DNA of 64,000 bases, taken from an uncultured delta proteobacterium (GTDB lineage Bacteria; Desulfobacterota; Desulfobacteria; Desulfobacterales; B30-G6). Positions 20,416 through 30,964 of the stretch are shown here, piece after piece; position 1 is the first letter of the stretch; each line of letters opens with the position of its first letter. The position numbers and the translations under genes are program-made. A model generated the notes under the pieces. That model saw nothing but the letters and a program-made list of their open reading frames with translations, was not told the origin of the DNA and made no database searches. The stretch spans positions 640,001 through 704,000 of the forward strand of contig CAWGLD010000001.1 of assembly GCA_963823335.1 (NCBI GenBank), written 5' to 3'.

Positions 20416-22332
20416 TCAATGGCGATTTGTGCTGTTTGAGCCGCTTAGGGCTTCACTTACGGCCGCCCGCATCACCTCAACAGGTGCCTGCATGCCTGTC
20501 CAGAGCTCAAACTGGAACGCACCCTGATAGACGAACATGGGAAGACCATGAATGGTGGCACACCCGGCTGCGGTCGCGTCTCTTAACAGGCGTGTCTGCA
20601 GGGGTGTGTAGATAACATCCATGACCGTCATGTGCTCCTTAAAAAATGTTCCGGGAACCGGTGTCGCGTCGACATTCGGAAACATCCCCACCGGTGTCGT
20701 GTTGATCAGGATATCACACCCCACCCCTTGGATCTCCGCCAGCGGAGAAAACTCAGCGCCAAGATCGTCAGCCAGCTGCTCACCGGTTTTTGTCGTTCTG
20801 TTTACCACGATCACGCTGCCCTTATTTTCCAGGATACCGAACCCGATAGCCCGGGCAGCACCCCCCGCGCCAATAATTGCCACACGCCGGTTTTTTAGGG
20901 AGCTTCTCTCGGTGAGGGCCGACACAGCACCCAGGGCATCTGAATTATATCCGGTCAGGACGCCGTTCTGATTGAGAATCGTGTTCACGGCACCGATTTT
21001 TTCCGCCATGGCATCCACATGATCCAGGTGGGGCATCACCCGGACCTTGTGAGGTAATGTAATACTGGCACCCTTCATATTGAGGGTTTTCATGGCCGAA
21101 ACAGCCCCGGCGATGGTTTTGATTCTAAAGGGGAGATAGACGCCGTTATACCCTGAAAATGCAAAGGCCCTGTTGTGCATGACCGGGCTCAGGCTGTGAG
21201 ATATGGGATCACCAAAAATACCGAAAAGTGCCGGCGTTTCACTTTGCAATCGTCTTTCTGCACCCCTTGAAATATGGGCCCGGGACCGGCTCTCGCCCGT
21301 GGGAGATGTCAGGCACTTCATACCCACTCGAACCTCCTCCAGGGAGAGGGAGCGGACAACCGTACGGCCTAATTTTTCCAGAAGGACAAAATGAATGAAA
21401 CCCCCTTCACGTTTTTTGTCTTTTTGCAGGGCATCCCACACCCGGTCTGCATCCACCGCTATCTGGGTTGGCAGGGCCAGGTCCTGCAACAGACGCTGCA
21501 GTCGTTTGACGTCGGTGTTCTTCAGAAGACCTTTTTCCTCTGAAACAGCCGCAGCAATCATCATGCCCACGCTGACCGCCTCGCCGTGGGAAATACCGGC
21601 GGTCTTTTCGATGGCATGACCAAACGTGTGTCCAAAATTCAGTTTCCGCCGCTCGCCTTTTTCGCGTTCATCCCGGTTGACAACTGCGGCCTTGATCCTG
21701 ACGGACTCATAAACCAGTTTCTCGATGACGGAAAGATCAAGGGCGAGTGCTCGCGCTGCATTCACCTCCAAGTATGCAAACATGTCGGCATCTGCTATGG
21801 CACCATGTTTGACGATCTCTGCAAACCCGCAGGATATCTCCCGGTCAGGCAGGGTCGTCAACAACGACAGATCGCAGATGACGAACTCCGGCTGGTTAAA
21901 CACCCCGACAATATTCTTATACCCCTGGAAATTGACACCGTTTTTGCCTCCCACGCTGGCATCCACCTGTGACAGCAGGGTGGTGGCAACATACCCGAAC
22001 CGCAAACCACGCATGAAGGTCGAAGCAACAAACCCTGTGATATCACATACGATTCCGCCACCGATGCCCACAAGAAATGTCGACCGGTCCGCCCCGAAAG
22101 AGAGAAGCTGCCGATAGATGTTCTGGACGGTTTCAAGACGCTTGACGCTTTCCCCCACTCCGATGGTAACAACCTTACAGGGGGGAAAGCGTTTGCCATA
22201 AATTTCAGCTACGCGGGTATCCGTGATGACAATGGTATTCTGCACAGGTACATAAGTACTTAGACTGTCTATGGATTCCCCCACCAGGATGACAGTATCA
22301 CCCGTGCCCCCTTTTATCTGAATCGTTTTCAC
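20416..22332 (-). CDS. aroB-aroE: Fused 3-dehydroquinate synthase / shikimate dehydrogenase
   Basis: N-terminal GGGIVCD, QVDASVGGKNG and LNFGHTFGH; C-terminal HSLSPVMHN, TLPHK, IGAVNT, GAGGAARA and NTTPVGM. Confidence 0.92.
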   Translation of the reverse strand: MKTIQIKGGTGDTVILVGESIDSLSTYVPVQNTIVITDTRVAEIYGKRFPPCKVVTIGVGESVKRLETVQNIYRQLLSFGADRSTFLVGIGGGIVCDITGFVASTFMRGLRFGYVATTLLSQVDASVGGKNGVNFQGYKNIVGVFNQPEFVICDLSLLTTLPDREISCGFAEIVKHGAIADADMFAYLEVNAARALALDLSVIEKLVYESVRIKAAVVNRDEREKGERRKLNFGHTFGHAIEKTAGISHGEAVSVGMMIAAAVSEEKGLLKNTDVKRLQRLLQDLALPTQIAVDADRVWDALQKDKKREGGFIHFVLLEKLGRTVVRSLSLEEVRVGMKCLTSPTGESRSRAHISRGAERRLQSETPALFGIFGDPISHSLSPVMHNRAFAFSGYNGVYLPFRIKTIAGAVSAMKTLNMKGASITLPHKVRVMPHLDHVDAMAEKIGAVNTILNQNGVLTGYNSDALGAVSALTERSSLKNRRVAIIGAGGAARAIGFGILENKGSVIVVNRTTKTGEQLADDLGAEFSPLAEIQGVGCDILINTTPVGMFPNVDATPVPGTFFKEHMTVMDVIYTPLQTRLLRDATAAGCATIHGLPMFVYQGAFQFELWTGMQAPVEVMRAAVSEALSGSNSTNRH

Positions 22333-23447
22333 CAGAGCGGCTCCTGAATCTTGTCGATAATCCGGGTTGTTGACCCACCGCCATAGGCCATGTTTCTGAA
22401 GTAGTAGCGGCCCAGTTTTTCATGGGCGTTTAAAAGCAACTGTTCGGTCGCTTCCCATGAAATACACTCGTCGGTGATGGAAACCCCATATTTCAAATCG
22501 GCATGGCTACCGCTAAATTTCTGATTTCCCTCATGGAGATTGCTCTCCAGCATCATTCCCATGATCGCGTCGTTACCATTGAGAAACTGGTGCAGAATAT
22601 TTCGCCATACAACCGACTGACCCTGGAATTTCTTTTTGGAATTGGCATGCGAACAATCGACCATGATTTTGGCCGGCAGGTCCTTGGATACCAGGTCGAG
22701 GTGTGCCTCTTCGATACTCAAGGCATCATAATTCGGCCGACTGCCACCTCGAAGAACCACATGCCCGCTTGAATTCCCCATTGTCTGGACAATACAGGTC
22801 TGCCCTTCCTGGTCGATGCCCAGAAACGACTGGGGTGCTCTGGCCGCTAGCATGGCATTGATGGCCGTGGAAAGATTGCCGTCCGTGGCATTCTTAAAAC
22901 CAACCGGCATGGACAGACCGCTTGACATCTCCCGATGAATCTGGGACTCGGTGGTTCGGGCACCGATGGCCGCCCAGGAAATGAGATCGTCCACATACTG
23001 GGGTGTAATGGTTTCCAGGAGCTCCGTTCCGGCCGGCATGCCAATCTCCGTGATGCGGCGTAGAATTCTTCTTGCCTTTCGCAGACCCTCCTGAATATCG
23101 CAGGTACCGTCGAGGTTCGGATCATTGATCAGCCCTTTCCAGCCCACGGAGGTTCTCGGTTTTTCAAAATAAACCCGCATGACGATGAACAGGGTCTTTT
23201 CAACTTTTTTTCTCAACTCGTTCAGTCGCTCAGCATATTCGTAAGCAGCCTTTTCATCGTGAATCGAACAGGGTCCGACAATCACCAATAACCGTCGATC
23301 GATACCCTCAAGAATATTATCGATACACTTGCGACCGAAAATGACTGTTTTTGTGGAAGCTTCGTTCACTGGAATCTCTTTCTTAAGGGCTCTCGGTGGC
23401 ACCAGGGGTTTATAACCACCGACTCTTAAATCCTGTGTCTGTTGCAT
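22329..23447 (-). CDS. aroG: Class I-alpha DAHP synthase (AroF/G/H type)
   Basis: VGPCSIHD, RVYFEKPRT, IGARTTESQ and VDCSHANS. Feedback isoform not determinable. Confidence 0.93.
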   Translation of the reverse strand: MQQTQDLRVGGYKPLVPPRALKKEIPVNEASTKTVIFGRKCIDNILEGIDRRLLVIVGPCSIHDEKAAYEYAERLNELRKKVEKTLFIVMRVYFEKPRTSVGWKGLINDPNLDGTCDIQEGLRKARRILRRITEIGMPAGTELLETITPQYVDDLISWAAIGARTTESQIHREMSSGLSMPVGFKNATDGNLSTAINAMLAARAPQSFLGIDQEGQTCIVQTMGNSSGHVVLRGGSRPNYDALSIEEAHLDLVSKDLPAKIMVDCSHANSKKKFQGQSVVWRNILHQFLNGNDAIMGMMLESNLHEGNQKFSGSHADLKYGVSITDECISWEATEQLLLNAHEKLGRYYFRNMAYGGGSTTRIIDKIQEPLW

Positions 23448-23493
23448 CGTACCTGCCTTTTGTTAGAAGCTAGTTATGATTATCCGCCACACC

Positions 23494-23524
23494 AAAAAAG
23501 GCCGTGCGGTCTCCCCCACGGCCT
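23494..23524 (-). terminator. Second (distal) terminator hairpin of the aro leader
   Basis: AGGCCGTGGGG-GAGA-CCGCACGGCC-T6 on the minus strand. Confidence 0.8.
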
Positions 23525-23530
23525 CAAAAT

Positions 23531-23568
23531 AAAAAAGCCGTGGGATTCCGGTCTGCCCACAGCTTTTT
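23531..23568 (-). terminator. Attenuator terminator (3:4) of the aro leader
   Basis: AAAAAGCTGTGGG...CCCACGGC-T6; it overlaps GGCAGACCGG, the exact complement of CCGGTCTGCC in the leader. Confidence 0.85.
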
Positions 23569-23591
23569 GCGCTTTTTCCTTTTTTGTCTTT

Positions 23592-23666
23592 TCAGCGCAA
23601 CACAGGCAGACCGGTTTTATAGTAAAACCAGTAATAATAGTCGTTGCCTGAATTGGAATATTTCAC
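23592..23666 (-). CDS. aro operon leader peptide (M)KYSNSGNDYYYWFYYKTGLPVLR
   Basis: GTG start with AAAGGA RBS; run of seven aromatic codons; upstream of the attenuator hairpins and DAHP synthase. Confidence 0.85.
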   Translation of the reverse strand: MKYSNSGNDYYYWFYYKTGLPVLR

Positions 23667-23694
23667 TGAAAATCCTTTCGATCGTATATGGGCC

Positions 23695-23723
23695 CGTTTA
23701 CAGGAACCTTCCGGGATTGTCAA
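23695..23723 (-). promoter_or_regulatory. Putative sigma70 promoter of the aro leader
   Basis: TTGACA-N17-TAAACG. Confidence 0.55.
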
Positions 23724-23890
23724 GGCCTTTTTCCACCAGTCTTCTGACCGTTTCCCCATACAAAGGCATTCAGAACCTGCCAACCGCTGGTGAGCTGAAA
23801 CAAGGCCAGCAGCACAAGAACAAGATTGTTCACAGCATGGATCAGGAGCATCTGCCCGGGTATCTCCTTTTTGGTATTGAGCAGCAGTAA
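23720..23890 (-). pseudogene. Possible C-terminal remnant of a membrane protein (DUF4079-like)
   Basis: Translation LLIHAVNNLVLVLLALFQLTSGWQV looks like a real TM segment, but its 5' part is replaced by a hairpin and repeats. The family call is from memory only. Confidence 0.3.
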
Positions 23891-23924
23891 GCCATATGCG
23901 GCGATCGGCATATGGCTTACTGCT
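23883..23924. repeat. Perfect 17-bp inverted repeat AGCAGTAAGCCATATGC with 8-nt loop
   Basis: Read directly; 13 nt downstream of the osmC-family stop; no U-tract. Confidence 0.8.
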
Positions 23925-23937
23925 TAAAGCTTATAGC

Positions 23938-24339
23938 TTAGTTCTCAATCCGATATGAATGTTCAAACTCAGCATTCAGGGAGGCCATGGCGCTGCAGTA
24001 TTTTTTTTCTGAAAGCGCGATGGCCTGTTCCACGGCCTTGGGCTTGATGTCTTTACCGTACAAACGATACACAATGGTAATTTTCGTATAGCGTCTTGGA
24101 TTATCCTCGGCCTGTTCTCCGGAAATCATAATCTCGAACCGGGACAGATCTAGACGTTTTTTCTTCAGAATGGCAATAATATCGATGGCCGTACACCCGG
24201 CCACCCCCATCAGGACCAACTGCATCGGACTGGCACCACTGGCGCCGTCAGTACTGTCCAGGATAACCGCGGGTCCCTCACCTGCCCTTGCTACGAACTG
24301 CAATCCATCCGTCCATTTCAGATGTGCTTGAACCGTCAT
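23938..24339 (-). CDS. OsmC/YhfA family protein
   Basis: SPMQLVLMGVAGCTAID and LSEKKYCS (two catalytic Cys). Confidence 0.9.
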   Translation of the reverse strand: MTVQAHLKWTDGLQFVARAGEGPAVILDSTDGASGASPMQLVLMGVAGCTAIDIIAILKKKRLDLSRFEIMISGEQAEDNPRRYTKITIVYRLYGKDIKPKAVEQAIALSEKKYCSAMASLNAEFEHSYRIEN

Positions 24340-24495
24340 GTGACGCTCCTTTAAGATGATCTGTTTTTGACTTTACTGCACAACAATAGTATGCATAAGG
24401 TCAATTATCAATGATTTGATGCTGGTATAAGCTGCATTCTAAGTTTTAAGCTATAAGCTGCTTAAAGCTTACGGCTTATAGCTTAAAAGGTTACC

Positions 24496-25425
24496 ATGAC
24501 ACGATTCACATATTTATTGCTGTTGTCCATACTCCTGCTGGTTTTCTCCTGCGGCGGCGGCTCCGTCAAAAAAGATCCGGCACCCTCGCATCTGGCCATG
24601 AAACAGCTCCAAAAGGGTCTTGCCTGGTATCAACAGGGCTGTTTTCATCAGTCCCTGGAGGCTTTTACCAAGGCTCACGAGCTGTTTGCCGCATCAGATC
24701 GCCTGCCGGGTGTCGCCATGAGTCTGAATAACATCGGTAATGTCTATCGCTATATCGGCGACTCCCGGAGCGCGCTGCTTTTTTTTCAGGAAGCTTATGA
24801 AATCTATTTCCGGCTCGACAACCTGGAAGGTGTGATTCAGGCACTTTCCAACCAGGCAGCCATCCATCTCCAGAACGATCAGCTCGATGAAGCTGCCGCA
24901 GTGATTCAAACCACTGAGAAAATGGCGGAATCTTCCGGAAAAGTTCTGGCCCACGTCCTGAACAACAAGGGCATTTTGCTCACCAGACAACACCGCTATG
25001 AAGAGGCCGAAACAGTTCTGATGCAGGCACTCGACGCCACAGCACCTGAAAATATCCATGCTTACGCCACTGTCTGCAGCGCTCTTGGAAATCTCATGGC
25101 TGAAAAAAGCGACTACGACAAAGCTCTGGCCTTCTATGAGAAAGCCCTCTTCTTCGATCGACAATCCGAATTCCATCCCGGTCTTGCAGATAACCTGAAG
25201 GCCCTCGGCAGGGTGTCTCTGCAACAGAAAAACTATGACCAGGCAACTGCCTATTTTCAGCGCAGCGTTAAAATTTATGCCCTTTTCGGAAACAGTGAAC
25301 AGGTATCCAGCACCATGAACATCCTTGAAGAGACCGCCAAACACTCGAATACGGATGTGACCCTTACCCGCTATTTTGTCGACAAATGGTCAAGAGGTGA
25401 AATACTCGAGCATCCATGTCAATAA
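24496..25425 (+). CDS. Tetratricopeptide-repeat lipoprotein
   Basis: Signal peptide with lipobox VFSC; repeated TPR motifs (SLNNIGNVY, VLNNKG, ALGNL). Confidence 0.85.
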   Translation: MTRFTYLLLLSILLLVFSCGGGSVKKDPAPSHLAMKQLQKGLAWYQQGCFHQSLEAFTKAHELFAASDRLPGVAMSLNNIGNVYRYIGDSRSALLFFQEAYEIYFRLDNLEGVIQALSNQAAIHLQNDQLDEAAAVIQTTEKMAESSGKVLAHVLNNKGILLTRQHRYEEAETVLMQALDATAPENIHAYATVCSALGNLMAEKSDYDKALAFYEKALFFDRQSEFHPGLADNLKALGRVSLQQKNYDQATAYFQRSVKIYALFGNSEQVSSTMNILEETAKHSNTDVTLTRYFVDKWSRGEILEHPCQ

Positions 25426-25589
25426 CTGTAACGAGAGGGTCCAAGGGTCGGAGGGTGATACAAGGGTTCGAGGGTAGTTGAAAGCAATCAGTCAAAGAAA
25501 ATATCCGTTTCATCAACCCAATGAACCCAAGAAACTCAAAAAACGCAATGAACCCTATTGCCCTCCAACCCTTTACACAAAGACCCATC

Positions 25590-26021
25590 CTACCCCCGGC
25601 CATCATGCAACAGCTCCAGCAGGCGTTTGAGGAGCGGCGGTGCCGGCGGTCGCAATCTGGGGTGCATCGCCAGATCGTCTTTCCATGAAAAATCGACCGC
25701 CTCGAACATTTCAGGGATAAAGTTTTTCCCGTCCAAGCCATAGGTTTTCCGGGGATAGTATTCTACGAATTGCATGCGGCTGGGCGCCACATGAAACTGT
25801 TGGCTGACCATTGTGGCAATATGGCTCGAGCAACTTCTTACCGACATCTTGCTCTCCGGGTGGTCGGTGGCAATAACGACGATGGGTTTCAGGTGTACCA
25901 GGCCGTCAGCCCGATCTTTACTCAAATCATAAATTTTCAATCGGCACTTTCCGCTGGCAAGTTTGAGCTTGCCCCCAAATCCTTTCCAGTTGAAAATGTC
26001 ATCGTAAATAAGCATTACCAC
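25590..26021 (-). CDS. Conserved hypothetical protein, third gene of the NorQ/NorD-like operon
   Basis: Starts right after the vWA gene stop with a GAGG RBS; start uncertain. Confidence 0.7.
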   Translation of the reverse strand: MVMLIYDDIFNWKGFGGKLKLASGKCRLKIYDLSKDRADGLVHLKPIVVIATDHPESKMSVRSCSSHIATMVSQQFHVAPSRMQFVEYYPRKTYGLDGKNFIPEMFEAVDFSWKDDLAMHPRLRPPAPPLLKRLLELLHDGRG

Positions 26022-26022
26022 C

Positions 26023-28830
26023 TCACATACGGGTCATGGCACCATAGATGCGCAACAGCTTGTCCGGAAGTTCTTTGATATCCGATATCAGACTATGCTG
26101 ATATTTTCCATACAAAGCATCCAGATTGGGATCACCGGCCATGTTGACCACAATGGCCTTGAAATAGATATGTTTCGCATACGCTTCAAAAACGGCCTTG
26201 CGCGTATCTGCCACGGCATACCCCTGCTTGTACCCGATATCATTGGGAAAACCATCCGTGAGGGTCAGCAGCAATCGTACCCTGGCTGGCATTTTCTCCA
26301 GTGCCTGGGTGGCATGACGTATGGCCGCACCCATCCGGGTGCTCCGCAGGGGTTCCACCGCATTGATACGCCGGTGAACCCCAACATCGAGTCCATCGGA
26401 AAAATCTTTTATTCTCAGATATTCGACACCGAATCGACCGGCACCTGAAAACCCGGCCACGGCAAACTGATCGCCGGCCACATTCAGGGCCTCCGAGAGT
26501 AGCACCACAGCCTCTTTTTCAATGTCCAGAATTCTGGAAGAGGACCCTGATGCACAGTTTGCCGTAGATTTTGAAAGATCCACCAGGACCAGTACGGCCA
26601 CATCTCTCTGGCGCTTGTCTCGTTTGATATATAAGCGGTCCGAGGGAATCCATCCGGTCTTGCGGTCTACAGCAAAATCAAGCAGCGCCCGGTAATCGAA
26701 CTGATCTCCCTCTATCCATGGTCGCATCATGGCTAACCCTTCGGGTTTCAACTGTTCAAAGGCACGTCGCATGTGATGAACCAGGCCGTGGTAGTGGTCC
26801 AGTGTGGCAGGATAAAAATCCCCGTCCACTTCATCGACCTTGCGGTCGCTAACCCGGACATGACCCGTGAGGTAATCGCCCAGATGACAGTCCCATTCAT
26901 GATAGACAGTGACATCTGCGTACGGATCCTTCTCGAGACCGCCAACCTCCTGGATAGCCCCGCATACGTCTGAAAAGTCGAACCAGGACAAATCGATACG
27001 CTGTCCGGCTGCAAGTGCTTTTCCCGCTTTACCATGGGGCTGCCGATGGACAATCAGACACTGGATGTCATCGGGGGACATTCTTCCATTATTTTCAGTC
27101 AGTTTTTTTCGAACATCCATCCGATATACGCGCAAACCCTTTTGGCGCAATTTTGATTGAATCGAAACGGCCATGCGATCCACCCGGGTGTCCACATGAA
27201 AACGAAAATCCGGTTTGAAACCTCTTCCAAACGGCGTGTTCAACGCCTGCCGTCCGTCCTGATCACTTTTTGAAAACACCTCTCCTGCCATGGCTCGAAC
27301 AACAGATTCATAAGTCAACAACAGGAGGCGCCCGCATGTTTCCACCGCAGGGTTTTTCTTTATTTCCGTTTCAGCCAGATCCCGGATCTTCCGGACCCTG
27401 GCCAGGGTTTGCGGTTCCGGTCCGGCCACTGATTCCGGAGCTATTCCCAGAGCGATGTCGGCGTAAAGAAGGTTCAGAACGTGCTGCTCCCGCACTTCCT
27501 TACAAATTCGCAGCATCTCCTGCTGCATGACCGGCAGGGCCTGGTGGACAATACCGGGATACCGCTGCATGAGGCACCAGCGCATACGCCCGTGTTCAAA
27601 TATGAGGAACAGATCTGCTGCCAGCTTCTGGCAGTCAAACAGATGTAAAAACCGTTCAATCTCGGAGTTGCCCTCCATCGTAAGCAGCGTCGTTCCTTTG
27701 TCTTCGTTCCCCGCCCCTGTTTCCGGAAAAACACCGGATCGTTCCAGGGCTTTATCAGCATCAAAATTGTAAGTTCCAAACTCGATCTGGGCTGATTCAA
27801 GTTTTACCAGGCTCTTGAAGAGGTCCTGGTTTTCCTTTCTGGTATCAAATATATCAATTTCTTTTGGCAGATAAATGGTCTGTTCGTCAGAGAAGACCTT
27901 GATGACGCCGCTTTCACCTGACCTGCCGGATACGCAAAACGCTTCGTTGGCCCTGATGGCGATGGCCTGACCGGTTCGGGTTCTGACATAACGTGAAAGT
28001 TTCCCCTGGATTTGAGACAGGGGTACCGCCACCTGCATTGTCCGGCAGGTTTCCAGAGACACCCTGGATTCAAGAGACAGGAATCGGCAGCCCCGGGCTC
28101 TGCTTCGGTTATATCTTTCCAGACCCATGGCAACAAAACTTTCCAGCGCCTCCTCATGCAGAAGATTCAGTCCCTTTTTCAATCCCGTGATGAAGCATTC
28201 CGCCGCTGACATGTCGATTTTTATGATGCGGGACAATGCCGACATCTGCCAGATACGCTTCAACGGCAACATGGCACCGACGGCCCTTGGAATCGTATAT
28301 GTCATCTGGAGACTCTGCTGATAGCTCAATTCCCGGTCGTAGGCATGACAGAGAAGTTCGAGATACACCCGTCCGCCGGCCAGATCCCCGGCTTCCAGCA
28401 ATCGTGACAATCCTTCCAGAGGTCCCTTCAGGGTATAGGTTCCCTTGCGGCGCATGACCTGGCAGGCTGTCATAAAACCATCGAGGAGGGCCTCGTCACC
28501 GCTCAATAAAACAGGCACCAGGTGGGTTGCCATGATTTTCCCCACAGTCGGCCCATTCCTGCCGGTCTTTCTGACAATCGCTTGAAAGGTCTTTATACCC
28601 AGATTGCGGACTGCCAGAAGCTGCGCATATCCACGACCCACTGCCCTTCCAAAAGAAATTTCCTGTGAAAGTGCCCAGAGGGTTTCCTTCACAAGCATCG
28701 CCAGATCATTTTGCCGAACAGAGGTGCCGGCCATGTCGAGCATGCTTTCAACTTCTGTTGCAAGGTCTGGGTCGGCGACGGCCAAACAGGTCAGGGTATG
28801 ATTCTCATGGGAATGATCCTCATGACGCAT
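26023..28830 (-). CDS. NorD/CbbO-like vWA-domain protein
   Basis: [14 protein letters not shown] (MIDAS), [10 protein letters not shown] and LTDGFPND. Confidence 0.88.
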   Translation of the reverse strand: MRHEDHSHENHTLTCLAVADPDLATEVESMLDMAGTSVRQNDLAMLVKETLWALSQEISFGRAVGRGYAQLLAVRNLGIKTFQAIVRKTGRNGPTVGKIMATHLVPVLLSGDEALLDGFMTACQVMRRKGTYTLKGPLEGLSRLLEAGDLAGGRVYLELLCHAYDRELSYQQSLQMTYTIPRAVGAMLPLKRIWQMSALSRIIKIDMSAAECFITGLKKGLNLLHEEALESFVAMGLERYNRSRARGCRFLSLESRVSLETCRTMQVAVPLSQIQGKLSRYVRTRTGQAIAIRANEAFCVSGRSGESGVIKVFSDEQTIYLPKEIDIFDTRKENQDLFKSLVKLESAQIEFGTYNFDADKALERSGVFPETGAGNEDKGTTLLTMEGNSEIERFLHLFDCQKLAADLFLIFEHGRMRWCLMQRYPGIVHQALPVMQQEMLRICKEVREQHVLNLLYADIALGIAPESVAGPEPQTLARVRKIRDLAETEIKKNPAVETCGRLLLLTYESVVRAMAGEVFSKSDQDGRQALNTPFGRGFKPDFRFHVDTRVDRMAVSIQSKLRQKGLRVYRMDVRKKLTENNGRMSPDDIQCLIVHRQPHGKAGKALAAGQRIDLSWFDFSDVCGAIQEVGGLEKDPYADVTVYHEWDCHLGDYLTGHVRVSDRKVDEVDGDFYPATLDHYHGLVHHMRRAFEQLKPEGLAMMRPWIEGDQFDYRALLDFAVDRKTGWIPSDRLYIKRDKRQRDVAVLVLVDLSKSTANCASGSSSRILDIEKEAVVLLSEALNVAGDQFAVAGFSGAGRFGVEYLRIKDFSDGLDVGVHRRINAVEPLRSTRMGAAIRHATQALEKMPARVRLLLTLTDGFPNDIGYKQGYAVADTRKAVFEAYAKHIYFKAIVVNMAGDPNLDALYGKYQHSLISDIKELPDKLLRIYGAMTRM

Positions 28831-29644
28831 CAAAAATATCCTCTAATAGTTCTGCAAGTGTCTCCTGTAGTCTTTCATCATCGGAAAGAGGGAGACAAAT
28901 GGCCACCCTGCAGGCTTCTTTGGCTGAAATTCCGTTTTGAATCAACTGGGCAGCATAAATCAGCAAACGGCTACTGGCGCCTTCTGTCAAACCATACTCT
29001 CGGATATTGCGGACTTTCCCGGCAAACAAAACCAGCCTGCGTGCCGTCGCATCATCCACTTTGCCTTCGTGGGATACGATTTGGATTTCCTTTTCAGAAG
29101 GGGCATAATCAAACGACAGAGAAATGAATCTCTGGCGGGTGCTTTGCTTGAGGTCCTTTAATACGGATTGGTAGCCCGGGTTGTAGGAGACCACCAGCAT
29201 AAAATCCGGATGGGCGGACAGGATTTCTCCTTTCTTGTCAATGGTCAATATCCGGCGATCATCACTCAAGGGATGGATAACCACCGTGGTGTCTTTTCTG
29301 GCCTCGACGATTTCATCGAGGTAGCAGATGGCACCGGTGCGAACCGCACTTGTCAGGGGTCCATCCATCCAGATTGTTTCATCATTTTTTAGCAGATAAC
29401 GGCCGATAAGATCCGAAGCAAAAAGATCCTCATGACATGGGATGGTAATCAAGGGTCGTTTTAGTTGATATGCCATGTGCTCCACAAATCTTGTCTTACC
29501 GCAACCGGTCGGTCCTTTCAGCATAACCGGGAGTTTTTCCTTGAATGCCGTCTTGAACACCAGCACCTCGTTTCCCAGAGGTATGTAGTAGGGCTCCGAC
29601 TCGATAAACCGTTTATCAATTCCAACCTGGGACAAAGACGCCAC
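28820..29644 (-). CDS. CbbQ/NirQ/NorQ family MoxR AAA+ ATPase
   Basis: [24 protein letters not shown] and [21 protein letters not shown]. Confidence 0.93.
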   Translation of the reverse strand: MASLSQVGIDKRFIESEPYYIPLGNEVLVFKTAFKEKLPVMLKGPTGCGKTRFVEHMAYQLKRPLITIPCHEDLFASDLIGRYLLKNDETIWMDGPLTSAVRTGAICYLDEIVEARKDTTVVIHPLSDDRRILTIDKKGEILSAHPDFMLVVSYNPGYQSVLKDLKQSTRQRFISLSFDYAPSEKEIQIVSHEGKVDDATARRLVLFAGKVRNIREYGLTEGASSRLLIYAAQLIQNGISAKEACRVAICLPLSDDERLQETLAELLEDIFDAS

Positions 29645-29765
29645 GATTCCTCCTTCATTTCAATCTTAGATTGACATCTAGCGCAAAATTGTTATGGTTC
29701 TGGCCTTGTAATCGTTATCGATGGCTTCTAGAATAACCTGATATGGAACTACAGACAACAGCAAT

Positions 29766-30911
29766 ATGATTCAACATCTCACACTCGGTCAAAAAGAATT
29801 TCTGATAGTCGGGACAGCCCATGTCTCCAAAGAGAGCACCGACCTCGTCAAAGCTACCATCGAAGAGGAAAGACCCGACACGGTCTGTGTTGAACTATGC
29901 GATTCACGCTTCCAGTCAATCCGCCATAAAAGTCGCTGGCAGGATATGAATATTACCAAGGTTATCAAGGAAAAAAAAACATTCCTCCTGCTCTCAAACC
30001 TTCTTCTGGCATCTTTCCAGAAGCGGATTGCAGACAAGCTGGATATCCAGCCGGGTGCGGAGATGATTCAGGCCATTGAAAGTGCCGACGCCATTGAGGC
30101 GGACATCATACTGGCTGACCGGGACATCCGGATAACCCTCTCCAGAATCTGGCGGGTGACCGGGCTGTGGGACAAACTGAAAATTATTTTCCAGCTGGCT
30201 TTGTCACTGGGGGACGTGGAAGAAATAACCGAGCAAGACATCGAAAAAATGAAGCAGGAAGATATGCTTCAGTCCCTGCTTTCCGAGGTTGAAAAGTCAC
30301 TGCCGGTTCTCAGAGAGATTCTGATCGATGAAAGGGACCGCTATCTGTCCCAAAAAATAAAGATGTCGCCGGGAAATAAAATTGTTGCCGTTGTGGGTGC
30401 CGGGCATGTTCCCGGCATTTTAAAATACTGGGAGGAAGAGATCGACACACTGGCACTCGAGGAAATCCCGCCCAAAGGAAAACTGACCGGTGTGTTGAAA
30501 TGGCTTTTGCCTTCCCTGATCCTGGCCCTGTTCATTTTCGGATTTATCTATGGCGGACTTGGCACCGGAACCGACATGCTCACCTGGTGGGTCATGGCAA
30601 ACGGAATTTTGGCGGGACTGGGGGCCACCCTGGCCCTGGCACACCCCCTGACGATCCTGTCTGCCGTTCTTGCCGCGCCCCTGACGTCGCTGAACCCGCT
30701 CATTGCGGCCGGCTGGGTTTCCGGACTCGTGGAAGCCTTTGCAAGCCGGCCCAAAGTTCGCGATATGGAACGCCTGCCAAAGGATATTCTGACCATCAAG
30801 GGTTTCTGGAAAAATAAATTGACGCGTATCCTGCTGGTGGTGGTGTTCACCAACCTGGGAAGCACCATCGGCACACTGGTGGCCATCCCCTTGATGCTGA
30901 AGCTGCTTTAA
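29766..30911 (+). CDS. TraB/GumN (pheromone-shutdown) family protein
   Basis: VGTAHVS, PDTVCVELC, PGAEM, LIDERD, VVGAGH and C-terminal TM helices. Confidence 0.9.
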   Translation: MIQHLTLGQKEFLIVGTAHVSKESTDLVKATIEEERPDTVCVELCDSRFQSIRHKSRWQDMNITKVIKEKKTFLLLSNLLLASFQKRIADKLDIQPGAEMIQAIESADAIEADIILADRDIRITLSRIWRVTGLWDKLKIIFQLALSLGDVEEITEQDIEKMKQEDMLQSLLSEVEKSLPVLREILIDERDRYLSQKIKMSPGNKIVAVVGAGHVPGILKYWEEEIDTLALEEIPPKGKLTGVLKWLLPSLILALFIFGFIYGGLGTGTDMLTWWVMANGILAGLGATLALAHPLTILSAVLAAPLTSLNPLIAAGWVSGLVEAFASRPKVRDMERLPKDILTIKGFWKNKLTRILLVVVFTNLGSTIGTLVAIPLMLKLL

Positions 30912-30964
30912 GTGATAGACTAATAGTCTAATAGTCTAACAGCCTATAGCCTATTTCCTATTGC

